Source: Alphaproteobacteria bacterium | Lineage (GTDB): Bacteria; Pseudomonadota; Alphaproteobacteria; JABAAW01 | Length of the DNA: 64,000 nucleotides | Assembly: GCA_014238535.1 (NCBI GenBank) | Contig: JABAAW010000003.1 | Span: 2,105-66,104, forward strand | Direction: 5' to 3' | Part shown: positions 48,795 to 58,187 of the stretch, in pieces | Position numbering within the stretch: the first letter of the stretch is position 1 | How the letters are laid out: each line of letters opens with the position of its first letter | The notes under the pieces: model-generated | What the model was told of the DNA's origin: nothing | Databases searched by the model: none | What the model saw: the letters and a program-made list of their open reading frames with translations, nothing else | Translations under genes and position numbers: made by a program

Positions 48795-50083
48795 AATACT
48801 CGGATATCTCAAATAGGCGTGTAGACCAGCGCCTCAAGCGCCGTCAGCGCGCCGAACGCCGCTATCGTCTATACGGACAAGTCGCGATTACACTTGCGTT
48901 GTTGTTTTTGCTTATGTTTTTTGCCTCCATCATCACGCGTGCCGTTCCAGCTTTCTACTACCATAGGGTTAACTTGACGCTTGAATTATCGCCAAAGGTT
49001 TTTGCTGGTAGACAGGGCGAACCTCTACCGCGCAAAATAACTGAGCGTCAGGCAAAATCTTTGATGGAAGATGCCATCGCGCTTGAGTTGGGAGCACTAG
49101 CGCAACGCGAAAGGCTGCGCCGTGCTCTCATAGCGCCGCTAGCCGCACTAGAGTTAAAACAACTACTAGAGAAGGAAGCGGAGGTGCGGCATAGGTTAGG
49201 CGATAGGCTGCTTTTGCCATTTGTGCTGAACTCTGCGGGCGAGAATTGCATTAGGAATGCATGCGCTAATAGTGCGGAGGTTGATGACTTCGGCTTGTCG
49301 GAAGGGCAACGGCAGGCCTTGTCCATCTTGCACAAGCGTGGGCTCATTACTCGCCATTTCAACCTTGTTTTTTTCACCCATAGCGATAGCCGCTCTTCAG
49401 AGTCCGCCGGCATTTTGGGAGCGCTGCTCGGCTCTTTCTGGGCTTTACTGATAGCCTTTTTGTTAGCTTTTCCCTTAGGGCTATTCACAGCAATTCACCT
49501 GCAGGAGTTTGCTCCGCGTAATCGCTTGACCTACCTTATCGAAGTTGCAATTTACAACTTAGCAGCTGTGCCATCGATCGTGTTCGGTTTACTAGGCTTG
49601 GCAATTTTTTTGAATTGGTGGCATCTGCCGCGCTCTGCACCGTTAGTTGGGGGGATGGTGTTAGCCTTGATGACTCTGCCGACTATTGTTGTCGCCTCTC
49701 GCAACGCCCTTGCGGCTGTTGCTGGAGGCATTCGTAGTGCTGGTCTGGCATTGGGTGCCTCGCGCGTACAGGTCGTCTTCCACCATGTTCTCCCGTCCGC
49801 CATGCCTGGTATTTTGACAGGCACGATTATCGGCATGGCGCAAGCATTAGGAGAGACCGCGCCTTTACTGATGATCGGCATGGTCGCATTCATCGCACAA
49901 GCTCCCCTAAGTCCGCTAGAACCTGCAACGGCTCTGCCAGTGCAAATTTTTATTTGGGCGGATCATCCAGACCCTGCATTTTCCTCGCGCTCTGCTGCAG
50001 CGATCCTTGTTATGCTTGTATTTTTGATCGTCATGAATTCGCTGGCGGTTATCTTGCGGCGCAGTTTCGAACGTAGCGGCTGA
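48791..50083 (+). CDS. pstA: phosphate ABC transporter permease PstA
   Basis: 430 aa with a 4-nt overlap with pstC. Long periplasmic loop after TM1, and an EAA loop (SAGLALGASRVQVVF). Confidence 0.9.
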   Translation: MKYSDISNRRVDQRLKRRQRAERRYRLYGQVAITLALLFLLMFFASIITRAVPAFYYHRVNLTLELSPKVFAGRQGEPLPRKITERQAKSLMEDAIALELGALAQRERLRRALIAPLAALELKQLLEKEAEVRHRLGDRLLLPFVLNSAGENCIRNACANSAEVDDFGLSEGQRQALSILHKRGLITRHFNLVFFTHSDSRSSESAGILGALLGSFWALLIAFLLAFPLGLFTAIHLQEFAPRNRLTYLIEVAIYNLAAVPSIVFGLLGLAIFLNWWHLPRSAPLVGGMVLALMTLPTIVVASRNALAAVAGGIRSAGLALGASRVQVVFHHVLPSAMPGILTGTIIGMAQALGETAPLLMIGMVAFIAQAPLSPLEPATALPVQIFIWADHPDPAFSSRSAAAILVMLVFLIVMNSLAVILRRSFERSG

Positions 50084-50100
50084 AGGTATAAAGAGAAACT

Positions 50101-50883
50101 GTGAAAACGCAACAAAATAAAAAAGAGCAAATAGCGCCAAAGGTTGTCGCGCGTGGTGTCAACGTTTATTACGGTGAGAAGCAAGCTTTATTTCAAGTTA
50201 AGTTAGAGGTTCCGCATCGGCGAGTGACCTCGTTGATCGGTCCTTCGGGTTGTGGCAAATCGACTTTTTTGCGCTGCATCAACCGCATGAACGATGTGAT
50301 AGCGGGCTGTCGAGTAGAAGGTAGCATCACAATAGATGGCTTGGATGTATCTTCTCTTGATGCGGTCGCGCTACGAGCTCGTATCGGTATGGTTTTTCAG
50401 AAACCTAACCCTTTTCCCAAATCTATCTACGAAAATGTAGCCTATGGCGTTCGCATCCACGGCTTGGCAGACACGAAAGATGAGATGGATGCGATAGTGC
50501 GTAGGAGTCTCGCACGCGCGGGGCTAGCGCGTGAAGTATCGGAGCGTCTGAACGATCCCGCCTATAGCCTTTCTGGCGGGCAGCAGCAACGATTGTGTAT
50601 CGCGCGGGCGATCGCTCTACAGCCTGAACTGATACTCATGGACGAGCCATGCTCGTCTTTAGATCCGATTGCAACCGCGCGCATAGAAAATTTAATTGCA
50701 GAATTATCTCGTAACTATACGATATTGATAGTAACGCATTCGATGCAACAAGCTGCGCGGGTATCGCACCGCACGGTATTTTTTCATCTTGGACGAGTGA
50801 TAGAATCGGGCGAAACTACGCAAGTGTTTACGAATCCGAAACGCAAACAAACCGAGCGTTACATAACTGGACGAATAGGTTAA
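50101..50883 (+). CDS. pstB: phosphate ABC transporter ATP-binding protein PstB
   Basis: 260 aa, GTG start. [45 protein letters not shown]. Confidence 0.95.
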   Translation: MKTQQNKKEQIAPKVVARGVNVYYGEKQALFQVKLEVPHRRVTSLIGPSGCGKSTFLRCINRMNDVIAGCRVEGSITIDGLDVSSLDAVALRARIGMVFQKPNPFPKSIYENVAYGVRIHGLADTKDEMDAIVRRSLARAGLAREVSERLNDPAYSLSGGQQQRLCIARAIALQPELILMDEPCSSLDPIATARIENLIAELSRNYTILIVTHSMQQAARVSHRTVFFHLGRVIESGETTQVFTNPKRKQTERYITGRIG

Positions 50884-50909
50884 AGTAGTTTGTCACACTC
50901 TAGATCTTA

Positions 50910-51662
50910 ATGTCAGAAGACCCACACCATATCAATCGCACGTTTGACGAGGAACTTTCTCGCCTGAACGAAATGCTACTACGCATGGGCTCGATAGTTT
51001 CACAGCAACTAGACGCGGCGGTCGATGCTTTTGCTTGTGATCGCTCGCAGGTCTCTCATATAGAGTTGATGGAAGGTATCGCGCAACGCGAGCATGCTCT
51101 AAACGATTTAGAGAGGCGGGTACAGGATATGGCTGTGAATGTAGCAGCGATGCGTCAGCCCATGGCGCGTGATTTGCGTACTATCATCGTTGCGATGAAG
51201 GTAAGCGACGCATTTGAAGCGATCGGCGATCATTGTGCGAGCATCGCAGGCAAGGGGCGAGCGTTGGTACACTCTCCATACCGCAAGCGTTTTACGAGTA
51301 TAGAAAAATTGCGTGTGAGTGCGGCGAAAATGCTAGAGGGCGTGGTGATCTGTTGCCGCAGTTGGGATGCTAATCTTGCGCTAGAGGTTTGGCAGAATGA
51401 TCGCCATATCAACGCATTGCACGATTCTCTGTTGAAAGATTTTTCGCTACTAATGGTGGAGAAGCCAGAATCGGTTGCCTCGGTTGTAGATTTTCTCTCA
51501 GCTGTAAAGTATGTCGAGCGGCTGGGCGATCGTCTCAAGTCGATCATCGAGGCGCTTCACTATGCGGCGGAAGGTGAAGTTTTTGCCCCTCCGCCACTCA
51601 AGAAAAATTCCAGCAAGGGCTATAACAGCAAGAAGACTGCAAAGAACAATCTCAAGGGTTGA
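50910..51662 (+). CDS. phoU: phosphate signalling complex protein PhoU
   Basis: 250 aa with two PhoU repeats (FEAIGDHCASIA / VERLGDRLKSI) plus a short basic tail. Confidence 0.9.
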   Translation: MSEDPHHINRTFDEELSRLNEMLLRMGSIVSQQLDAAVDAFACDRSQVSHIELMEGIAQREHALNDLERRVQDMAVNVAAMRQPMARDLRTIIVAMKVSDAFEAIGDHCASIAGKGRALVHSPYRKRFTSIEKLRVSAAKMLEGVVICCRSWDANLALEVWQNDRHINALHDSLLKDFSLLMVEKPESVASVVDFLSAVKYVERLGDRLKSIIEALHYAAEGEVFAPPPLKKNSSKGYNSKKTAKNNLKG

Positions 51663-51692
51663 GATGCCGTCAAAACTGCTCTCGAGGTTATC

Positions 51693-52547
51693 TTGAGTAC
51701 GCTACTGATACTTGGGGGTAGTGGGTTGGCACGCCGTTGGACTGATAAGCTCGTGCGTGTTGCTGAAGAACATTCTCTTGTGGTGCGTGTTGTTTATTCG
51801 TTAGCGGGTATAACGCGGACGCCGCGTCTTCCCCTTACCCCTTCTCTTGCTCTCGGTTCTTCCCCCCGCATAGAATTTCGTAGCGGTGGTTTTGGTGGTA
51901 GCGAGGGGCTGCAGCGGTGGTTAGTCGAACACGATACGATTGCGATTATCGACGGCACGCATCCTTTTGCTACAAAGATTTCCATCAACGCGCGTCGGGC
52001 TGCCGATGCTTTGTCACTACCTCTATTTTGCCTAGTTCACCCAACTTTTACACGCGCATTTGACGAGCGTCGCAACGAGGTGCGTTCTAACGATGACTTG
52101 CAGCGAGTCTTGGCACGCCTGCCATCGAGGCAAAGACGCCGTGTAGTTTTGGCGTTAGGAGCTAAGCGCGTGCGTGCGATTGCCAAGAGTGTGCCTGCGA
52201 GGAAAATTTTCATACGCTCCTTTGCATCTGTAGGTGTCATCAGTTCGTTGCGTCTACAGAAACTGCGCCTTCGGCGCGCGCGCGCGCTAGATTTTTGCTC
52301 CATGCCTAAATTTTCAGCGCAAAGCGTTCGCAACGAGGCGCGTTGGATGCGTTCCCAGCGTGTGTCGCTTCTTGTTTGTCGTGATAGCGGTGCTCGCGAG
52401 GCTTACGCGAAGGTGCTTGCAGCAAGATTGCTATCCGTGCCTACGCTTATTTACGCTAGGTCGCGCAGATTGCGGGCACAGTATCCGATGCGCATTGGAG
52501 ATAACTTTGCTCCAATCATCGAGTTATTGCGTAGTGCGCGCGCTTAA
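51693..52547 (+). CDS. cobK: precorrin-6A / cobalt-precorrin-6A reductase
   Basis: TTG start with GAGG 5 nt upstream. MSTLLILGGSG, SGGFGGSEGL, and IIDGTHPFATKIS are typical of CobK/CbiJ. Confidence 0.75.
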   Translation: MSTLLILGGSGLARRWTDKLVRVAEEHSLVVRVVYSLAGITRTPRLPLTPSLALGSSPRIEFRSGGFGGSEGLQRWLVEHDTIAIIDGTHPFATKISINARRAADALSLPLFCLVHPTFTRAFDERRNEVRSNDDLQRVLARLPSRQRRRVVLALGAKRVRAIAKSVPARKIFIRSFASVGVISSLRLQKLRLRRARALDFCSMPKFSAQSVRNEARWMRSQRVSLLVCRDSGAREAYAKVLAARLLSVPTLIYARSRRLRAQYPMRIGDNFAPIIELLRSARA

Positions 52548-52651
52548 TTTTTACGACGAGGCAGATGGTCTTCTTGCGTACTGGAGGAGTTTTGTTTATT
52601 GTTGGTAGCGAGCCATCTTGGCACAGAGTTTTAGCAACAAGGTATTAGGCA

Positions 52652-52993
52652 TTGACCACGCGCTCGGATTTGATTCGTGCTTTGCACCAGCGTCACCCGC
52701 GCTTACCTATGCGCGATTTAGATAATCTGGTTGCCAGTGTTTTTTCTACGATCATTGAGTGCCTAGAGAATGGCGAGCGCGTTGAGTTGCGTGGATTCGG
52801 AGTATTCTTTAGCGTCGCGCGTAAAGAGCGTATTGGGCGCAACCCTCGCACGGGAGCGCAGGTTGCTTTACCGCCGTGTCGTGTTCCGATGTTCCGTTTG
52901 AGCGGGGCATTGCACAAGCGTCTAAACGATGCGGATGCCGATGGCGCTTTAGGGGTTTCTAGAGATCTCGTGTCTTCTAATCGTGCGCGCTAG
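52652..52993 (+). CDS. ihfB: integration host factor subunit beta
   Basis: TTG start giving MTTRSDLIRAL. VELRGFGVF..ARKERIGRNPRTG..V is the HU/IHF arm. Confidence 0.9.
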   Translation: MTTRSDLIRALHQRHPRLPMRDLDNLVASVFSTIIECLENGERVELRGFGVFFSVARKERIGRNPRTGAQVALPPCRVPMFRLSGALHKRLNDADADGALGVSRDLVSSNRAR

Positions 52994-53006
52994 ATAGAGT
53001 TTACTG

Positions 53007-53300
53007 ATGCGAATCATAAGACGTATTTTTTTTGTTTTTCTAATTCTATTAGTGATGTTTTTTGTGTTGCTGAACTCGAATTCGGTGCGTGTGAATTTAT
53101 TAATTACGCCGTTGGGCTTTGAAATGCCTTTGTCGCTATTGGTAATTGTAGTGTTCTTTTTGGGCTTTCTTGTGGGCTGTAGTGGCAGAGTCGTGCGTCG
53201 AGGAATTTCGAAGCGAGCAGCAAGCCAATATGACTTGCAGCGTGGTTTGCAGGATAAGAGTTCTGCCGTTGCTGAAAAGGAATCTGCAAGCATTGACTGA
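53007..53300 (+). CDS. LapA/DUF1049 family inner-membrane protein
   Basis: 97 aa with two TM helices (IFFVFLILLVMFFVLLN / LSLLVIVVFFLGFLVG). Sits in the conserved position after ihfB. The stop overlaps the cbiX ATG (TGATG). Confidence 0.7.
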   Translation: MRIIRRIFFVFLILLVMFFVLLNSNSVRVNLLITPLGFEMPLSLLVIVVFFLGFLVGCSGRVVRRGISKRAASQYDLQRGLQDKSSAVAEKESASID

Positions 53301-54319
53301 TGCCGCTAGAGGCTAGAGCTACAAGCACGGCATCGGATGATGACTTTGCGCGTGGATTGTTGCTGTGCGGACATGGTAGCAGGTCGGCAAGTGCGGTTGC
53401 GGAGTTTGGCAATCTGTTTACTGCTCTTAATGCTGCGTTCCTCGACGTTCCTTTTAACTACAAGGCTTGCGAATACGGATTTTTAGAGTTTGCGCGTCCG
53501 ACTTTAGGCGAAGCCTTGTCTCGCTTATGCGCGCGCGGAATAAAGAAGATCGACGCGCTACCGGGTATGCTCCTTGCGGCAGGGCATGCGAAAAACGACA
53601 TACCTGCGCTATTGCGAAACTACGAGTTAGAGCATGGAGTAGAGATTCGCTACGCTCGTCCCTTGGGTTTGGATGCGCGCATGCTTTGCGCGGCTACGCG
53701 ACGCGTGCAGGATGCGGTGGGCGATGACAAGCCTCAATCTTACTACCATGACACTTTACTGGTCGTTGTCGGTAGAGGTTCTTCTGATCCTGATGCGAAT
53801 AGTGATGTTGCTAAGCTCACACGCCTATTGTGGGAGTCTTTGGGTTTCGGTTGGGCGATAACTGCGTATTCAGGTGTTACCTTTCCCCTTGTCGCGCCTA
53901 CTTTAGAGTTGGCTATGCGGTTAGATTTTCGGCGCGTTGTTGTGTTTCCGTATTTCTTGTTTAGCGGTATCTTGATCGAGCGAATTTATGCAGCAGTCGA
54001 GGCGGCTACTAAGCGCTGGCGCGAGGTGGAGTTTATCAAGGCTCGCTACTTGGATTGTCAAGCAGACGTCGTCGATACCTTTATGGCTCGCGTGCGTGAA
54101 ATCGAAAGCGGCGATGGTGCCATGATGAACTGCGCCTTATGCAAGTACCGCGAGCTCGTGGTCGGCTTCGAGGCAGAGCATGGTGCGGCGCAGGCAAGCC
54201 ACCATCACCATGTCGAGGGCATTGGCATGGGCGAGGCTAGCTCCAACCATCACCATCATCACGCGCAATACCCGCACGCATCGCACCCTATGGGAGTGCG
54301 CACGCTCAAGAAGGGCTAG
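53300..54319 (+). CDS. cbiX: sirohydrochlorin cobaltochelatase, long form (CbiX-L) with a His-rich tail
   Basis: 339 aa. LLLCGHGSRS and VVVGRGSSDPDAN are the two CbiX half-domains. MNCALC is an M-x-C-x-x-C motif at 54125-54142. The C-terminal tail reads HHHHVEG...NHHHHHAQYPHASHP. Confidence 0.85.
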   Translation: MPLEARATSTASDDDFARGLLLCGHGSRSASAVAEFGNLFTALNAAFLDVPFNYKACEYGFLEFARPTLGEALSRLCARGIKKIDALPGMLLAAGHAKNDIPALLRNYELEHGVEIRYARPLGLDARMLCAATRRVQDAVGDDKPQSYYHDTLLVVVGRGSSDPDANSDVAKLTRLLWESLGFGWAITAYSGVTFPLVAPTLELAMRLDFRRVVVFPYFLFSGILIERIYAAVEAATKRWREVEFIKARYLDCQADVVDTFMARVREIESGDGAMMNCALCKYRELVVGFEAEHGAAQASHHHHVEGIGMGEASSNHHHHHAQYPHASHPMGVRTLKKG

Positions 54320-54334
54320 AGTAAGAGTAAGGAA

Positions 54335-55108
54335 ATGGAGAGAACTAGCGTGAGGCGGCAGCCGAAAAAACCGCTCGCTGAAAAAAATGTGGGTAAAACT
54401 ACCTCCGCTTGCGATTGCGTTATCGAATGCGAAGACTTTGCCGTGTTTTTGCAGGGCTTGGATAAGGGTTCGGTCGATCTAATCTTAACGGACCCGCCAT
54501 ACACGATAAGCAGGCAGACTGGCTTTAAGGGGGTGGTAAATGGAGTCAAGCGATTCGCCGTTAGCATGGAATTTGGCGACTGGGACAAGCAGCAGATCGA
54601 CCTCAATTTACTGAGTGAGAAGATGTATCGCGCTCTACGCCGCGGTGGTAGCGCGATAGTTTGGTATGACTTATGGAAGTTGACCGACTTGGCGAGTGCG
54701 ATGACAGCTGCAGGTTTTAAAATGTTGCGTCTAATAGTATGGCAAAAGAGCAACCCCGTTCCTTTGAATATGCGTGCAACCTACCTCTCCAATAGTCGCG
54801 AGGTAGCGGTCGTTGGCGTCAAGGGTGGCAACCCGACTTTCTACGGCTCGTACCATAACGGCATCTACGAGCATCCGATTCCGCGTCATCAGGGTAACAA
54901 GGTGCATCCAACGCAAAAACCGCTCGATCTGTTTTGCGAACTGGTAGAGAGGCATAGCGATGCAGACGATTTGGTAGTGGATCCATTTTTAGGTTCTGGT
55001 ACTAGCGCGCTTGCTGCGCTGGCGCAAGGGCGGCATTTTAAGGGCTGCGATCTAGACGCGCACTATGTCGAATTGGCGCGCAACAATGCTCGCGCAGCGT
55101 TGTCGTAG
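54335..55108 (+). CDS. DNA methyltransferase, beta-class N4/N6 family (DPPY type), orphan
   Basis: 257 aa. Motif IV DLILTDPPY (DPPY at 54491-54502) precedes HPTQKPLDL and motif I VVDPFLGSGTSALAA (54980-55006), which is the beta-class order. No endonuclease-like ORF lies beside it. Confidence 0.85.
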   Translation: MERTSVRRQPKKPLAEKNVGKTTSACDCVIECEDFAVFLQGLDKGSVDLILTDPPYTISRQTGFKGVVNGVKRFAVSMEFGDWDKQQIDLNLLSEKMYRALRRGGSAIVWYDLWKLTDLASAMTAAGFKMLRLIVWQKSNPVPLNMRATYLSNSREVAVVGVKGGNPTFYGSYHNGIYEHPIPRHQGNKVHPTQKPLDLFCELVERHSDADDLVVDPFLGSGTSALAALAQGRHFKGCDLDAHYVELARNNARAALS

Positions 55109-55190
55109 TTAATTTACTGCTTATAGGAAATCTACTCGTTATATTTTCAGCATGCTTGCTCTAAAGTTCGTGCCTGCTTACAAGTAAAGC

Positions 55191-55928
55191 ATGGCAAAGT
55201 TTCTACCCGTGAAAAAACCCATCCTCCCGCCATACCCGCAAGACCCGCTAGCTATAACGCGCTTGTCGTTCGAGCGTATCGATAGGGCTTGTCCGCTGCT
55301 GGCTAGCCTATCACCTTCGCTAAGAGTGCTCGCGCGGCGGATGGTGCACGCTTGCGGGCAACCAGATATTGTGCCGTCAATCAAAGCTTCAGATAATTTC
55401 GTAGAGGAAGTGCAAAAGTTACGCCATGAATCGCCACATAGATTGCCGCTCGCCGAGATTCCAATTTTCTGCGATTCGGCGATGCTATGCGCCGCTATCG
55501 CGACACGCGCACCGCACGCGCGTTGCTTCACGCACACGCCCGCAGCGAAACTCAAGGCACGCGAGCAGAACATCACTCGCGCGATGGCTGCTATCGACCT
55601 TTACTGCCAGCAGGCAGGCGAGGAGGTCGCTAAGACGATATTCCTTTTCGGCTCTGCGCCAACCGCGCTGCTGCGATTGCTACAACATTGCTATGTCGAG
55701 CGTAGCGTGCAACTACCAGCCGCGCTGTTTGCCTTCCCCGTAGGCTTTGTCTCGGCGAGCGAATCGAAGCAAGCGCTACTCGAATGCGTAGAGTCTAACT
55801 TACCGCATAAGCCACCACCATATATAACCTTAGTCGGACACTTGGGTGGTAGCGCACTCGCGGCGGCGGCTTTCAACGCAACCTTCGATGATGAGGCAGA
55901 CGCAACCTCAATGGGTAGGGTAGCGTGA
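55191..55928 (+). CDS. cobH: precorrin-8X / cobalt-precorrin-8 methylmutase
   Basis: 245 aa. DPLAITRLSFERI, LFGSAPTALLRLL and VGFVSASESK are typical of CobH/CbiC. Confidence 0.85.
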   Translation: MAKFLPVKKPILPPYPQDPLAITRLSFERIDRACPLLASLSPSLRVLARRMVHACGQPDIVPSIKASDNFVEEVQKLRHESPHRLPLAEIPIFCDSAMLCAAIATRAPHARCFTHTPAAKLKAREQNITRAMAAIDLYCQQAGEEVAKTIFLFGSAPTALLRLLQHCYVERSVQLPAALFAFPVGFVSASESKQALLECVESNLPHKPPPYITLVGHLGGSALAAAAFNATFDDEADATSMGRVA

Positions 55929-57349
55929 AGGGCAAGCATAACGAGCGCGATTGCGATAACAAAGTTTGGCTTTCCGTTGTCGGTATCGGCGAGGAGGGTT
56001 ACGATGCAATTACTGCAGACGCGCAAATGCTGTGCGAGCAAGCGCGTCACATCATCGGCACCCCCCGTCACATCGCAAGCCTGCCTAGAGAACTGCAAGC
56101 TCGCGCGCAGGCTTGGCTTAGCCCTTTTGCTAAAAACCTCGAACATCTCGATGCCCTAAGAGATTCGCTAGAAGACCCATCGAAACACCCAAGCGTCTGT
56201 GTGCTTGCGACAGGTGACCCTTTTTCCTACGGCGTTGGTTCTGTGTTGCTGCGCCGTTATGGACTTGCGGCAATGCGTGTAGTTCCATGGCGTGGCAGTT
56301 TTTCTTTGGCAGCGGCAGCCATGGGATGGGCGCACGATTCTTGCACTAACCTTACGCTGCACGGGCGTCCTTTCGCTTTATTACGCCGCTATCTTACGCC
56401 GTGCGCGCGTCTACTCGTGATGCTCGCAGGCACGCGTGATGTCGCACGCATCGCGCAGCTACTGTGCCAAGAAGGCTTGGGGGAGGCGGAGGTGACTATC
56501 TTGAGTAAACTCGGTGCTGCCGACGAGGGAAAGGTATCTTTCAAAGCGCGAGACTTTAAAGGACGCGTTGCGCTCGCTCGCTCGCCCCTTGCGCTTGCGG
56601 CACTCGAATTGCCACCGTCTACCGATGTAGTGCGAGCAGTAAAAGGAAAGGCAACAGAATTCTTGGCGGCAAATGTATTTGGAAAAAAGGCGCTCAGCAA
56701 AAAAGTTTTTGGAAAAAAGGTATTCGGGCAAAAGCTGGCTTTACCAGATGACGCTTTTTACCACGACGGGCAGATAACCAAGCGCGAAGTGCGTGCGCTT
56801 ACCATAGCAGCTCTCGTAATCGAACGCGACGCTCTGCTGTGGGATGTCGGTGCGGGTGCGGGGTCCGTTGCGATAGAATGGTGCTTGGGTGGCGGCAGGG
56901 CGTGCGCGCTAGAGCATAACGCGCGTCGAGTCGCTCTAATTAAAAAAAACCGCGAGCTCTTTGGCTTGCCAGACCGTTTGCAAGTCGTGCACGCTGAAGC
57001 GCAAGATTTTGTAAAAGACTTTAGGAAAAATTTTATGCTAGGGCAAAAACAGACGCAAATAGGGGGGGCGATAAAAAATGGAATGGATAGTAGCGCTCCG
57101 CAAGCGATTTTTCTCGGTGGCTGTTTGCAGACGCCTCTGCTAGAGCAACTGCGCTCGCTACTGGCTAGCGAAGGACGGTTAGTCGCAAACGCGGTGACGC
57201 TTGCGGGTGAGGCAACGCTACTTGCGTTCTATGAAAAGCACGGCGGTAGTTTGACGCGCATAGCCGTCGAGCGCCTCGAGCCGTTAGGTTCTTGTCAGGC
57301 TTTCTCCCCTCAGCGACGCATCCTACAATATGTTTACAACGCTACCTGA
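55925..57349 (+). CDS. cobL: precorrin-6Y C5,15-methyltransferase (decarboxylating), CbiE+CbiT fusion
   Basis: 474 aa, GTG start, 4-nt overlap with cobH. CbiE half: LSVVGIGEEG..., ATGDPFSYG. CbiT half: GQITKREVRALTIAAL, LWDVGAGAGSVAIEW. A Lys-rich repeat insertion lies between the halves. Confidence 0.85.
   Translation: MKGKHNERDCDNKVWLSVVGIGEEGYDAITADAQMLCEQARHIIGTPRHIASLPRELQARAQAWLSPFAKNLEHLDALRDSLEDPSKHPSVCVLATGDPFSYGVGSVLLRRYGLAAMRVVPWRGSFSLAAAAMGWAHDSCTNLTLHGRPFALLRRYLTPCARLLVMLAGTRDVARIAQLLCQEGLGEAEVTILSKLGAADEGKVSFKARDFKGRVALARSPLALAALELPPSTDVVRAVKGKATEFLAANVFGKKALSKKVFGKKVFGQKLALPDDAFYHDGQITKREVRALTIAALVIERDALLWDVGAGAGSVAIEWCLGGGRACALEHNARRVALIKKNRELFGLPDRLQVVHAEAQDFVKDFRKNFMLGQKQTQIGGAIKNGMDSSAPQAIFLGGCLQTPLLEQLRSLLASEGRLVANAVTLAGEATLLAFYEKHGGSLTRIAVERLEPLGSCQAFSPQRRILQYVYNAT
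56675..56734 (+). repeat. in-frame degenerate 15-bp tandem repeat, 4 copies, inside cobL
   Basis: gtatttggaaaaaag / gcgctcagcaaaaaa / gtttttggaaaaaag / gtattcgggcaaaag, encoding VFGKK-ALSKK-VFGKK-VFGQK. Confidence 0.85.
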
Positions 57350-57356
57350 AGGGGCG

Positions 57357-58145
57357 ATGGTAAATAGGTTGACGACACCCAAGCCAGCAGATAGCGAGCA
57401 GCAAGGCGCAAGGCGAGAGGAAGCGCAAGGCGAGGCGCGTCTGTACGGCGTTGGCATAGGACCTGGTGCGTCGGACTTGATTACGCTCCGCGCGCGCGAT
57501 ATTTTGCAAAGGGTTAAGATATTGGCGTATCCCGCACCGCCTAACTCTAGTTCTCTTGCGCGTAGCATTGCTGCTCCGCATCTACGAGGTAGCTATATCG
57601 AATTCCCGCTAGCCATGTCGCTGGACGCGCGTTGTTTTCCTGAGCGCAAGGTCTATGAAGCTGCTGCGCGTGCGATAACCGCGCATGTGCGAGCGGGGCG
57701 CGATGTCGCTTATCTATGCGAGGGGGACGCCACACTCTACGGTTCTTTCTTGTACCTACTGCCGTATTTGCGAGGGATTCCGATAGAAATTGTGCCAGGG
57801 GTTTCGTCTCCGATGAGCGGCTCGGCGCTTTGGCAGAGTGCGCTCGCGCAAGGTGAGGAGCGCTTTTCTATCCTGCCTGCCTCCGCTCCGCGTGCGCAGC
57901 TAGAGCAATCGCTTGTCGCGTGCGAGAGTGCTGTTTTTATGAAGGTCGGTAGGCATTTTGCAAAAATTTGTGCATTGTTAAAAACACAAGGGCGCATACA
58001 AAGCGCCTACTACATATCGCATGCGACTTTTCCGCAGCAACGAAGTGCACTACTTACAGATTTACTAGAAGCCTCGTCGCTCGATTTTCGCGCACCGTAT
58101 TTTTCGATGATATTTGTACCGGCTCGCGCAACATCCGCACGATAA
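57357..58145 (+). CDS. cobI: precorrin-2 / cobalt-factor II C20-methyltransferase
   Basis: LYGVGIGPGASDLITLRA, CEGDATLYGSF, IVPGVSS. ATG at 57357, after GAAGGGG, avoids overlap with the cobL stop. The ORF-track start is 57330. Confidence 0.85.
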   Translation: MVNRLTTPKPADSEQQGARREEAQGEARLYGVGIGPGASDLITLRARDILQRVKILAYPAPPNSSSLARSIAAPHLRGSYIEFPLAMSLDARCFPERKVYEAAARAITAHVRAGRDVAYLCEGDATLYGSFLYLLPYLRGIPIEIVPGVSSPMSGSALWQSALAQGEERFSILPASAPRAQLEQSLVACESAVFMKVGRHFAKICALLKTQGRIQSAYYISHATFPQQRSALLTDLLEASSLDFRAPYFSMIFVPARATSAR

Positions 58146-58187
58146 TTATCAGAACGACTAGTATAGAAATAAGAGGCATAGGGACAA

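Noticed and set aside
51663-55190. Searched for a cobalamin riboswitch (B12 box) ahead of cobK, cbiX and cobH.
   Set aside because: The non-coding gaps are only 30, 104, 15 and 82 bp, too short for a ~200-nt riboswitch, and I saw no B12-box-like sequence. Regulation, if any, must be located elsewhere.
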